Below are positions 13,141-23,808 of a stretch of 64,000 nt of DNA, piece by piece (position 1 is the stretch's first letter; each line of letters opens with the position of its first letter). The stretch spans positions 434,001-498,000 of the forward strand of contig OZ025673.1 in NCBI GenBank assembly GCA_964019335.1, in the 5' to 3' direction. The position numbers were made by a program, and so were the translations under genes. The notes beneath the pieces are model-generated. The model was not told the DNA's origin. It was given only the letters and a program-made list of their open reading frames with translations, and ran no database searches. Source of the stretch: Diplonema japonicum. Its lineage: Eukaryota > Protista > Euglenozoa: Diplonemea.

Positions 13141-13284
13141 CCTTCACCTGAGTGGCGTGTGCAGCGGTCCACATGTGCAAATGCCGAAAAAAACGAGCGA
13201 ATCAAGTGGTACAGAAAGTAAAATAAAATAGAGAAAAAGAAAAAAATGGAAAGCAAGCGATCGAACGCTCTTTTCCATCCCGAG

Positions 13285-13812
13285 CTAGAGTTCCCCGCCT
13301 CTGTTCGCAAGGTCGTACTCTGCGTGGATGTCGTCGGAATGCGCAGGAAGCACGAAGCCCTCCCTGCAGTGCTGAAGTAGGTCCACACACAAGATTTGGT
13401 GCAAGTGATGCCGCTCGTTCTGAAGGTAGTAAGGAGACAGCACTACCATCATGTGATGCGGCTTCAAAATGTGCTCCTCAAGGTAGTGGATCATGTGCGG
13501 CTCGGGAGTGGACGATGGTTCAGGCAGACGGTACCAAAGGTCTTCGTCCGGTTTGTAGCTGAAGGAAGTTGCTGACGTCTCCAGCACCTTCGGGAGCAGC
13601 TCAGCCGCATCGTTCACGTGATGCCCTTTTCCCCAAGCGATCACTTTGTAAAGGCTTTCTGCTACCGCGCTGCACGCTGCGCAGTTCCCCTTAACACCTG
13701 TCTGGTGAATCATTTTTTCGATGTGGTCGGCCATCGCTTGCGCCGACTGAGCTGAGCACCCACACCCACCCATTATCGCTGCAAACACAACTGCGAAAAA
13801 AAACCGCAGCAT
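13285..13812 (-). CDS. Secreted/ER saposin-like (Canopy/DUF3456-like) protein
   Basis: Signal peptide MLRFFFAVVFAAIMGG, CAACSAV...LC.....HC saposin-like cysteine spacing, C-terminal GGEL. Confidence 0.6.
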   Translation of the reverse strand: MLRFFFAVVFAAIMGGCGCSAQSAQAMADHIEKMIHQTGVKGNCAACSAVAESLYKVIAWGKGHHVNDAAELLPKVLETSATSFSYKPDEDLWYRLPEPSSTPEPHMIHYLEEHILKPHHMMVVLSPYYLQNERHHLHQILCVDLLQHCREGFVLPAHSDDIHAEYDLANRGGEL

Positions 13813-13985
13813 GGCGATGGGAGCCCTGTTGTGATGGGATAGAAATATGAGACACATTTAAAAAAGACAAAAAAAAAAAAAAAAAAAAAAAAAAAAACGG
13901 CAATGCGGGGGCAAAAAAAAAAAGGAGGTAAATAGCAACATCGGAAGATGTTGCCACGAAAAAAAAAGAAGAAAAAACTCCGAAT

Positions 13986-15221
13986 TCAGAACGTTTCCTT
14001 CTGCACAATGTGTTTCAGAAGCTCTACCTTGTAGCTCAAGGCCTCCATCAAAGCATCACTGTTAGAATGCAGCGCCGTGAGTGCGTCCTCCGTCGTCTTG
14101 TGCACCACACCAGACTCCAGCAAACTCTCCAATGCAGAGTCATCCCAACCTTTGTTGGCAACCTGCTTCTTTGAAATCTCTAAAATACGCATTCTGGCTT
14201 TGTTTGGAGAGATAGGCCGAACCTCAGGCGGACCTGGAGCAACTGGTTTCACCCATTTAAGAGCGCGTCTCATATTCTCGTCGCCTTTATGCTTTATAAG
14301 TACTTCGGGGGGTAGCTCTTCCTCAGACGGCAGGTGTGAGTCGGGAAGGTGTGAAGCCTCCTTTTTAGGCCTCTTTATAGGAACAGAACGCATGAACTGA
14401 ATGCCTTTTTTATTTCTTTCCTTCATATCAAGCGAGATCAGCTTCCGTGGTGGCTGAGGTGCGTAGCAGTACTGAGGAGGAGAAACGACCTCGGTTTTCT
14501 TCGGGCTGAACATCTCGCTGACGAAAGCGCCGTACTGTTTTCTTCGCATGTGGTTCTGTGTTGCCTCTTCTTTTTTCATCTCGATGATGTGTTCCTTCTG
14601 GTGGTTGTCCTGTCTGTACATATCGTAGGGAGTAGCATGGGCATAGACAGGGGTTGCGGCTTGTTGTGCTTTGAGCAGTTGTTTTAGTTCTTTTGTATGA
14701 GCTTCCTTTTGTTTTTCCAGGATGTCTACTATATTTCTGGAATGTCCTTTCATGGAGGCTTTCCATACAGGGTTCTTGGACGACAAGAGGTCTTGTTCAA
14801 TCTTTTTGTCGCGAAGCTGGTCTCTTAGCTCCTTCTCCTTTGTTTTCTCTTTCTCTTTGATCTCTTTTTCGAGCTTTTTGTGGTTGCACGGGACATGTGG
14901 TTTTTCGTGGATTTGGAAATGCCTCAAAACCCGTTCCTTCTCCCGTTCCAGACGGCGGTCGCCGTACCGTTCCTTCTCCCTTTGTTCCATCTCTTCCAAC
15001 AGTGCTTTCTTCGCGGTGTACTCCTCTGCCATCACGCGCTGCAGCCTTTCCAACGATTTTTTCTTTTTCCTTCGTTTCTTTTTTGCCTTCGTTTTCTCGC
15101 ATGGTCTTTGCGGCACTGTTTCAGGGAACATGGACGGGAAAGGAGCCTTTGCTTCCAAAGGGATGTGGGGGAGAAACGACGTGGGTTGGAATGACCAGGC
15201 AGCAACCCCACTGTCGGCCAT
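13986..15221 (-). CDS. Basic coiled-coil protein of unknown function (~411 aa)
   Basis: Long open frame starting MADSG after an A-run; K/E-rich helical segments. Confidence 0.7.
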   Translation of the reverse strand: MADSGVAAWSFQPTSFLPHIPLEAKAPFPSMFPETVPQRPCEKTKAKKKRRKKKKSLERLQRVMAEEYTAKKALLEEMEQREKERYGDRRLEREKERVLRHFQIHEKPHVPCNHKKLEKEIKEKEKTKEKELRDQLRDKKIEQDLLSSKNPVWKASMKGHSRNIVDILEKQKEAHTKELKQLLKAQQAATPVYAHATPYDMYRQDNHQKEHIIEMKKEEATQNHMRRKQYGAFVSEMFSPKKTEVVSPPQYCYAPQPPRKLISLDMKERNKKGIQFMRSVPIKRPKKEASHLPDSHLPSEEELPPEVLIKHKGDENMRRALKWVKPVAPGPPEVRPISPNKARMRILEISKKQVANKGWDDSALESLLESGVVHKTTEDALTALHSNSDALMEALSYKVELLKHIVQKETF

Positions 15222-15329
15222 TTTTTTTTCCCCCCCCTTCTCCCCTCCTTTTTTTTTTTTCTTTCTCCCTCCCATGTCTTTAGCAAAAAAAACAAAAAAA
15301 AACAAAAAAAATCCATGAAAAGGGATACT

Positions 15330-15695
15330 TCAGTAGTCCTTTGGAAACGCTTGTTTTATGACATCTCTTATATCTACTGGGGTCTCTGTTGGTGAACTCT
15401 CTCGAAGCTTCAAGAGACCCTTTGACAACGCTGCATTGAAGACATCTTCGTCTTTCTCCTTCATACGGGTCAGCGCGTCTTTACGTGCTTCACGTGTTAC
15501 CGCAGAGCTTCTCTCTTCAAACAAACACGTGACTGACAGATAGATGTACGACGCAAAGCCTATAGTAGCCGCCCCCGTTGCCCACCTCTTCCATTGCACA
15601 GGCCCTTTCACGGAAAGGTACTCCCGGTACTTTGTCCCCTCATACCCACTGTGCACCTGTTTTGGGATACCGTCTTTGTCTACAAAAAGCGGCAT
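15330..15695 (-). CDS. Small single-TM protein (121 aa)
   Basis: Open frame with one hydrophobic segment (WATGAATIGFASYIYLSVTCLF) followed by a charged helix. Confidence 0.65.
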   Translation of the reverse strand: MPLFVDKDGIPKQVHSGYEGTKYREYLSVKGPVQWKRWATGAATIGFASYIYLSVTCLFEERSSAVTREARKDALTRMKEKDEDVFNAALSKGLLKLRESSPTETPVDIRDVIKQAFPKDY

Positions 15696-15908
15696 TTCTT
15701 CTCTTTTTTACACCTCCCTTTTTTTTTTGGTACGTGTTTGTAAAATTAAGAAACATATAAAAAGGGGAAGGGGGGGGGGAGGGAATAAGCAAGCACATAC
15801 GGGGGAGAAAAAAAAGGAGCCAGATAATTTGGGAACAAAAAGTACTCCTCCCCCCCCCCCCCCCCTCTCATTTTTTTCTTCTCTGCTCAGAGCAAAAAAA
15901 AAAAAAAA

Positions 15909-15952
15909 ATGGGGCTTTGATTGCAACACTAGGTGGCGTTAAGCGTGCAACG
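15909..15952. repeat. 44-bp dispersed repeat, copy 1
   Basis: ATGGGGCTTTGATTGCAACACTAGGTGGCGTTAAGCGTGCAACG, identical to 19598-19641; both copies follow GC plus a long A-run. Confidence 0.9.
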
Positions 15953-16060
15953 TTAAAAAAAAGCCCCATGCAACGTTAAAAAAAAGAAGTGTGAGAGGCA
16001 GGAATAAAGGGGGTAGGGGGTATCAAAAGCCCCATGCAACGGTTTTTTTTTTTTTTTTTT

Positions 16061-16664
16061 TTTTATTTCACTCTTCAGAAATTACTTCATGCACTGGGGG
16101 GCCCATTACTTCACGCTAAATCTCATTACTTCACGGTGAAATAATGGCCTGTTTTCCGTGAAGTAATAGGGGGTTTCCGTTAAATAATATGCCTCGGTAG
16201 GCCAATTTTTGCCTCGGTTCGGTTCCCAGTGGGGCTACTTTTTCCTCTCAGTTTGCTAATTTCCCCCAGGTTCAGCTCAATTGGCCAACTTTTGCCTCGG
16301 CTCAGTTCCAAGTTGGACTACTTTTTCCTCCCAATTTGCCCACTTTTGGCTAGACCTTGTTCCCAGTTTCTGGGGGTAACTCTTCTGTGGGTAAGGGTAA
16401 CTTAGTCAGCTTACCCAAGCTCCCCAAATGACTTCAAAATACCGAAGCAGCAGAAAAAAAAGGAGCCAGCGGCCGCGCCAGGTATGGGAAGGCCTGATTA
16501 GAGATGGTGACAGTGGCAATGCCAGCGACAGCGGCAGCTCTTAGTCAACAAAAGGAGGGAAAACAACTTGTATTGTAACCCTTGTAACCCCTCTCTTGTT
16601 GTACCCCTTGTCACCCTGTTGTGCCCCTCGTGGTGAAGTAATTTCAGAGTGTCGTGAAATAAAA
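16061..16664. mobile_element. Putative non-autonomous fold-back/MITE-like element
   Basis: Imperfect inverted ends (16061-16103 vs 16621-16664), arrays of ATTACTTCA/TGAAGTAAT, internal ~63-nt duplication (16200-16262 vs 16283-16346), no ORF. Confidence 0.5.
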
Positions 16665-17961
16665 CCACTTACCTACCGCCAAGTAATGCTTTACCGACCT
16701 CGAGGTAACGGTAAAGTTATTACTTGTTGGCAGTAAATAGCTATTTTTTTTTCAGTTTTGCCAAAAGAAAACGCGTTTCTAAGGCCACTTGACCATATGC
16801 CTTTACCCTGAGGAGATGTCAGACCCGCCGTTGGCCGAGATGCTCCCATATTTGTCAGCATTTAACTTTTGCGTCAAAGATTACAAGCACCAGTGCAGAG
16901 AAGCCGGCCCGATATGCACTTTGCCGTCCGAGAGAGTCCTGCGCATTCGGCTTCGTGGCGTTTCACTGCTGGTGGTACCGGCGCCACATTCCTGCAGTCT
17001 CTTGCGTCGCTTGGTGCGTGAGGAAGCAGCCAAAAGCTTTCGCAAATGGTGGCGAGAACGACTCAGAACGCTTCCTCTTCCTCCATATTTTTATCTTCCC
17101 CTATTTTGTAGTGAAGGGAGCACAACGATCCTTCCTTAATCAAGTAGACAGTGTTTGTGCAGGATGCCATCAGCACCGGGTTGAGCTCCTTGGGAGTACT
17201 GCGAGGCACGTGCCGGGAAAGGTATGCGGGGACAGAAAGAGTGCGTGTTGTTCCTTCTATTTCGAGTGCCGAGATAAAAGGTAAAATGCAACGGCAAAGC
17301 CGCGTTTCATGGACACTTATCGACGAGAGAGGCTGTAGCTTTTTCTAAGGAAAGTAAAGTTAAAGAGAAATCCACACAGGTCTTATACTTTTTTTAGGGG
17401 GGAAAAAAAACACAGAAAAAGACAATAGTACCCACCGTTCAAAAAAAAAAAAAAAAACAGAATCAAAAAAAAAAAAAAATGTCTGTCTCTCAACAGCTAT
17501 AGAACACCGCCCCCTTGATTATCTTGACACCGACTGATTACAGAAGGTGGGTGAATCTTCAGGGCTTTATAAGAAAGGCGTGTCTATATAATCGTAAGGG
17601 GGAAAGTGGAAAGTAAGAGTGGCAATTAGTGGAAAATTCTCGTTCCCATTTTGCCATTTCGTTGTATTTTTTTTTTCTTTTCTTTTCTTTTTTTGCAACG
17701 CTGCCACCATCTAGCTAAAGGTGTGTAATGACAAGACACGAAAAGGCCAATATCAAAAAAAAAAAAAAAGTCGGTTGATTGCCGTTTGTGCACAGCCGGG
17801 TTAACCTGTAGAAGGATAAGCCCAACAATGCTACCACTACTCTTTTTAGCACTAACAATTCATTATCAATATACTGTTTTTCTTGTTCATGCAAAAAAAA
17901 AAAAAAAAAAAAAAAAAAAGATGTCTTTGAAGGGAATCTGCAGTGTGTCAGGATCGCCCTA

Positions 17962-18013
<52 letters not shown>

Positions 18014-18133
18014 GACTAGAAAAATGTTATCACTTTTAGCTAGACCGTTGTGTCATTTTGTGTCTACTGTTTCGGGGGAACGAATAAGAGAAGGGTGTTC
18101 GGCGGGAATAAAAAAAAAAAAAAAAAAAAAATT

Positions 18134-19092
18134 CTATACTGAATAAGGGTCAACCATCTCCACCTTCAACGGTTTGATCTCCACCTTAGCATCCGGCGAC
18201 GGCGCAACGTCAGCAAGAGGTATAAGATACGGATGCTCTTCCTGAGGCCTCCTCCGAGTGTCGAGAAAATCAAGACAAGACGCGAACAAACTGTGTATGC
18301 AAGCACCTGTAAGCACACCGATCCACCCGAAAATACCACCCATAAGATCAATAAAGGACTGCCCCTCATTGTGCACAACACGCGTGACTGTGAAAGAAGA
18401 GGCTTGAATGTGAAGATCAATTCTTTCCTTCGAAAATTTCGGAAACTGCGTTAAACTAAACAGTGTGGTATTTGCAACGGCACCGGAGAGGAACACCTCT
18501 TGTTGTTGCGTAAATGTGAGCTGGCTCTTCTGACCTGGGCCGATATATGTGGGGACGCCAAGCTTTTTGAGGTTTACATCGTCACCTCGTTCGACAGAAT
18601 TAACAACATTGTGGTCACCAACTGGAATAACAGTAAGGTCATATGCATCAGCAGAATCACCAATACAGTCAGATGTAGCCATCTCACGAGAGTCGTTAAT
18701 GGACACCAGGAAGAAGGACAACACCACCATATCATAGGAGGATGTGAAGGTATGTCCCAGCTTCTGCAGTGTCGACCGGTTGAGTAGCACTGTCCCGTCT
18801 GGTTTTATTTGGACTGCCGCTCCGCAGGATGCTGCTTGTGGGGTGTCGACGAGCAGGTCCGCTAGGTACGTGCAGGTGCGGATACTGTACTTGCAGGTAT
18901 TGCTGAATGTTGTTTCCATTGCCAGCCATGGTGCCACCAGGCTGTTTATGCTCTTGAATTCTGTTTTCGTCTTCCCTTTTTTGCCCTTCTCGTCGTACTC
19001 ACTGCTGAGCTTTACGACAAAGTAAATGCACACTGCCCACATAGCCGTTAGGAACAGTGTCTTCACTATCATTACTTGTCGGCTTTTTCGCA

Positions 19093-19093
<1 letters not shown>
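18134..19093 (-). CDS. DEG/ENaC-like two-TM channel subunit, paralog 1 (319 aa)
   Basis: TM1, then LVAPWLAM (cf. LxFPAVT); pre-TM2/TM2 SFIDLMGGIFGWIGVLTGAC (cf. ASIC [16 protein letters not shown]). Confidence 0.7.
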
Positions 19094-19124
<31 letters not shown>

Positions 19125-19597
19125 TTTCCCTCCTCGGAACCAACACCTTTTGTGTATTAAGAAAAAAGAAAAGGAAAAAAAAAAAAAAAAAGCGAAGAAA
19201 AATAACGATTGATTTTGGTAAAAAAAAAAGTGGGCTTTATTTCCCGCGGCCGTTTTTTCTGTCCCCAAGGGACAGAAAATGAGGCCAAGGGGAAAGGGGT
19301 AAAGTCCACTTTAATAGCATAAAAAGCACTAGGGAAGGGGGTAAAAAGATAAATAAATAAAAATTGCTGGTTTCTTGCAGTACTTGCAGTAAGGCACTTT
19401 TTGTTTTCCCCTTATGGGAACACCACCAGTAGTCGAGATAGGATATGGTGGGTCCGTTGCGATTGAGTGAGTTAGGAGGTGCCGTCTCGCGGCGCGGTTA
19501 ATGCGCTGAAGGAAGCTGGTGTTCGAGTTAAGAAACTTGCGAAAAAAGAGGGGTATACATAAATAAACACAAAAGGCAAAAAAAAAAAAAAAAAAAA

Positions 19598-19641
19598 ATG
19601 GGGCTTTGATTGCAACACTAGGTGGCGTTAAGCGTGCAACG
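19598..19641. repeat. 44-bp dispersed repeat, copy 2
   Basis: Exact match to 15909-15952. Confidence 0.9.
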
Positions 19642-19648
19642 AAGCACG

Positions 19649-19686
<38 letters not shown>

Positions 19687-20007
19687 CACAATCTTTTCAT
19701 TCTATTTTTTTTGACCTTCTACTACTGAAAGGAGGAACAAAAAAAAAAAAAAAAAAAAAAAGTTTGCCAGGATAAACAATTCTGCATAACAAGGCGTGGG
19801 AGATACCTACAGTTCCATAAGCCGAAATGTCACTACAAAAGTGATCTCCAGAGGCACGAGTGGTAACATGTTTCCTTTTGTTGAGCGCACGAGTGCTTTG
19901 TTATCTAGTAAAATCTTCTCATTGCACTATAAACACCAGGCTTGCTTAGGGCACTCCGAGGGGGGGAGGGGATCAACTTTATTCAGGCTGCAGATATCAA
20001 TCCATCG

Positions 20008-20038
<31 letters not shown>

Positions 20039-20595
20039 GAAGTTCCTTGATTTTATGTATGAAACCGACGGGTGGCCGTCATAGCTTTGGACATCATAAA
20101 GAGGGACAAGAAGAAATAGGGAGTATTTTCTTTTAGGAAAAGAACAAGAAGAAGAAGAAAAAAAAAGATCAGAAAACTGAAAGATCTGCCGCACAAAATG
20201 TTCAGCTACTAGACTGGATACGGGGTGGACAGTCCTCTTCAGGCGAGAGGCACCTTCAACGGCTCGTACCAGTGTCCCTGTAGGTTGGGGTGTACTGACC
20301 AAAAAAAAAAAAAAGAAACAAAGAAAAAAAAAAACATTGGAAACAAACATAACAGGCATAAAGGGAGTGGGGAAGAATAGGCGAGTTATTCAGGGAAGAT
20401 TCAAGGAAAAAAAAAAGAAAAAAAAAAAAAAAACAAACAGCATACAAACGAAGTATGCTCTTTATCAGCAGGAGGGAGAACTTGCGTATCATTAAACAAA
20501 AAAAAAAATAATAATAAATAGATAAAAAGGAAGAGGGGGAGCGAAGTCGACTCAAAAAAACCTTGCGGGCATGGTATCCACCTTCAAAAACGCTG

Positions 20596-21555
20596 TCAAA
20601 TCGAAAACACCGGGTGACTCGAGCTCACAGACTTTTCCACGGCCACAGGCACACTCTGCACCCAAGGTTCCGTCACCGTTTTCGCTTGCTTTGCCTTAGT
20701 CCGTCGCTCCTCAGCTCTCTTATCGCAGAAATCAACTACCGTTGAAAATAAACTGTGCATGCAAGCACCTGTAAGCACACCGATCCACCCGAAAATCCCA
20801 CCCATAAGGTCTACCAAAGACTGCCCTTTACTGTGCACGACACGCGTGATGGTGAACGAGGAGGCCAAAATGTATATCTCGATTTTCTCCTTCGGGTGCT
20901 TCTGAAACTGAGTAAAGCTGAACTTTGTGGTATTGGAAACCGGCCCCGAAATAGGCACTTCTTGTTCGACAGAAAAAGTCAGCTGGCCCTTTTGACCGGC
21001 ACCGACGAAAGTGGGAACTCCGAGTTTTTTCAAGTTAACGGTTTCATCACCATCAAGCGCACTGGCAGCTTTCTGATCACCCACGGGAACTACAAGAAGA
21101 TCCTGCCCCTCCCAATAATTTTCGACACAATCGTTGTAAGCTACCCTCTGTGAGGTGTTGTTGACCCGAACTAAAGAGAGGGATAGCACAACGACGTCAA
21201 ATGGGCTGGAAAAACTGAACCCGAACTGCTGCAATGTTGTCCGGTTCAGTAAAATAGTCCCGTCAGGCTTTTCCTCAATAGCATTAATGCAGGAGGCAGC
21301 TGTGGTGGCGCCGAGAAGAGCATCTTGTTCGTAGGAGCAGCCTGTTACGGTATACTTGCACTCGTTAGTTAGTTGGCCTGCCAGGGTCACCCATGGTGCT
21401 ACAAGGGTATCAACGTTCGTGATTTCCGTCTTCGTCTTCATCTTCTTTCCTTTGTTTTCGTATTCTATGCTGAGCTTCACGATGAAGTAAACGCACACCG
21501 CCCACATAGCCGTAAGGAACAAGGTTTTCATTACCACCCCATATTTGTTTTCCAT
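20596..21555 (-). CDS. DEG/ENaC-like two-TM channel subunit, paralog 2 (319 aa)
   Basis: Starts MENKYGVV; collinear with paralogs 1 and 3; TLVAPWVTL and DLMGGIFGWIGVLTGAC motifs. Confidence 0.7.
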   Translation of the reverse strand: MENKYGVVMKTLFLTAMWAVCVYFIVKLSIEYENKGKKMKTKTEITNVDTLVAPWVTLAGQLTNECKYTVTGCSYEQDALLGATTAASCINAIEEKPDGTILLNRTTLQQFGFSFSSPFDVVVLSLSLVRVNNTSQRVAYNDCVENYWEGQDLLVVPVGDQKAASALDGDETVNLKKLGVPTFVGAGQKGQLTFSVEQEVPISGPVSNTTKFSFTQFQKHPKEKIEIYILASSFTITRVVHSKGQSLVDLMGGIFGWIGVLTGACMHSLFSTVVDFCDKRAEERRTKAKQAKTVTEPWVQSVPVAVEKSVSSSHPVFSI

Positions 21556-21849
21556 CGTCACGTTGCAGTGGTGCACCCCCCCCCCCCCCCCCTTCCACCC
21601 TCTTTTTTTTTTCCTCCTCTCCACAGGAGTATGTTGAAGATGTAAAAAGGAGGGGAAAAAAAAAAGAAGAAAAAAAAAAGCAGAGAGGGTTGATATAATA
21701 GCATCTAGAGTTCTTATCCCCCCTCTTTTTTTTTTTGTTGCCCCCTCTTTCCGCGTAGGGTCGGGTGTGTGTGGGGAAAAAAAAAAAAAAAACAAATGGC
21801 TCGAACATTGTAGATTTCCAAAAGAAATGTGAAGGAGGAGAGGGATCGA

Positions 21850-21894
<45 letters not shown>

Positions 21895-21930
21895 AAAAAA
21901 GACTTCTTTTTTTTTCTTCTTTTGGTGGAG

Positions 21931-22159
21931 TGCTAACTAGACTGAGTTTTAGAAAGCTCAACATCAACCCCCCAAGTTTCTTTAAATGCCCAACTTAGCC
22001 CCCCTTAGTCTGGGTTTGAATACTTTAAAAACCAAGGGGACTACTTCGAGCATTTATAAAACCTTGGGGGGGGGGGGTCAGAAACCCTTTTCATATACCA
22101 TGGCTTCTCAACTAAGGGGGTTGATTCAAACATTTTCTCAAACTTAGGTCTAGCGAGCA
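21931..22159. mobile_element. Small MITE-like inverted-repeat element
   Basis: ctagactgagttttagaaa...atcaaccccccaagtt (21937-21978) is an imperfect reverse complement of aactaagggggttgat...tttctcaaacttaggtctag (22110-22153). Confidence 0.45.
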
Positions 22160-22346
22160 ATTTTCTCACAGTTCTTTTTGTTCAAGGCAGCTCATCTGCT
22201 ACATGTTGACATTTTCACTCATGCCATGGGGGGAGGGGGGGAGGGGATGAAAAAGAACAAAAAAATAATTAAGCTATCAAATGTTTTCAGTGTGCAAGGG
22301 TATTGTTCACATGAAATTTCGACAAAAAGAAAGGAACGAAGAAATA

Positions 22347-22377
<31 letters not shown>

Positions 22378-22857
22378 GACCGGGGGGAGGGGAAAAAAAA
22401 CAAAGAAACGAGTTCGAAACGACAAGTTTTCTTTTTTTTTTTTCTCTTTTTTTTTTTTTTTAAATCCCGCTATCCTGTATACACGGCATGATGACAGGGG
22501 TCGCCAGAGGGCCCCGAGGAGAGAAAAAAAAAAAAAGAAGAAAGTAGACGAATAGGACGGAAGTCAGTACAAACACAAAAATATAAAAATAAGAGATGGA
22601 ATGAGGAGGCCAGCGTTGGTGGCACCCTACACAAGAACTGTTTGCTTGAGTACAGGGGGCGCACCTCGGCCGAGCTGTAGCTTCTTCTGCATTCCGTTGC
22701 AACCTGTATAGGCGCGAATGGGATGACCGACGAGGAGGTCTCCTCGTCATCCCCGCCACCTGAGGAGGGAGTCGATCCCGACCCTCGAGATCTAGCCCGC
22801 AGAGCAAGCCCTTTGAAGCAAAAAAAAAAAAAAAAAAAAAAGACAAAAGGCATCGTT

Positions 22858-23808
22858 TTAAATTGAATGCACAACAGGACCATTGTTGTTGAGCGGCTGC
22901 AGCATCTTTGAGTCCGAGATGCCCAGAACAGGCACCTCAACGGCAGCCTTCGCAAGGGACAAGGTTTTTCGAACTTTTTTTGAATGAGCGAAATCCACAG
23001 TAGTTGAGAACAGGCTATAGAGGCAGGCACCCGTGAAGGCTCCTATCCATCCGAATATCCCACCCATAAAGTCAATGAAGGACTGCCCGTCGCTGTGGAC
23101 CACACGCGTGACTGTAAACGAAGAGGCTTGGATGAACACTTGTATCCGGTTTTTCGGAAATTTCGGGAACTGCGTCACGCTGAACTTCGTGGTGTTCGTC
23201 ACGACACCGGAGAGAGATACCTCTTGCTCCTGTGAAAAGAACAGCTGCCCCTTTTGGCCCGGGCCGACAAAGGTGGGGATGCCAATTTTTTTCAAACTTA
23301 CATCGACGCCATTCTCAAGGTCGTTTATCGCCTTTTGATCACCAACAGGGATAAGAACCACGTCGCCTGTCTCCCATGCGTTCTCCGCACAAGTACTATA
23401 ATCAACAAGCTCTGAATCGTTGCTGTTAACCAACACTAGTGTCAGCACGATCATATCGAACGGGCTGAAGAAGTAGTGCCCCGCTTCCCGCAGGGCAGTG
23501 CTGTTCAGCATGACATTCCCGTCAGCTCTATTCGCGATGGCTTCATTGCAGGACCACGATTGTGTGTTCCCCAGCAGGAAGTCAGTTATGAACGAGCAGT
23601 TTGCAATGGTAAACTTGCACGTAGCTGACACGTCCCCCACCACTGTCACCCATGGTGCGTCCAGCGTGTCCATATTCTTGAATTCCGTTTTCGTCTTCGC
23701 CTTCCTCCCCGAGTTCTGGTACTCGATGCTCAGCTTCACGACGATATACAAAACCACCGCCCACATCGCAAGCAGAAACAGAGATTTCAACACCACCTTG
23801 ACCCGCAT
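22858..23808 (-). CDS. DEG/ENaC-like two-TM channel subunit, paralog 3 (316 aa)
   Basis: Same architecture; TLDAPWVTV and DFMGGIFGWIGAFTGAC. Confidence 0.7.
   Translation of the reverse strand: MRVKVVLKSLFLLAMWAVVLYIVVKLSIEYQNSGRKAKTKTEFKNMDTLDAPWVTVVGDVSATCKFTIANCSFITDFLLGNTQSWSCNEAIANRADGNVMLNSTALREAGHYFFSPFDMIVLTLVLVNSNDSELVDYSTCAENAWETGDVVLIPVGDQKAINDLENGVDVSLKKIGIPTFVGPGQKGQLFFSQEQEVSLSGVVTNTTKFSVTQFPKFPKNRIQVFIQASSFTVTRVVHSDGQSFIDFMGGIFGWIGAFTGACLYSLFSTTVDFAHSKKVRKTLSLAKAAVEVPVLGISDSKMLQPLNNNGPVVHSI

Noticed and set aside
15927-15938. CACTAGGTGGCG resembles a CTCF site
   Set aside because: CTCF is bilaterian-specific; the match is part of the 44-bp repeat and probably coincidental.
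16789-17348. Plus-strand ORF fragments; KWWRERLRTLP faintly resembles the hAT transposase dimerisation motif
   Set aside because: The diagnostic S..ER.FS motif is missing and starts are non-ATG; too weak without an HMM search.
20180-20300. GC-balanced island with CTGAAGAG and small stems, possible hammerhead ribozyme
   Set aside because: There is no GAAA after the putative stem II, so the catalytic core cannot be completed.
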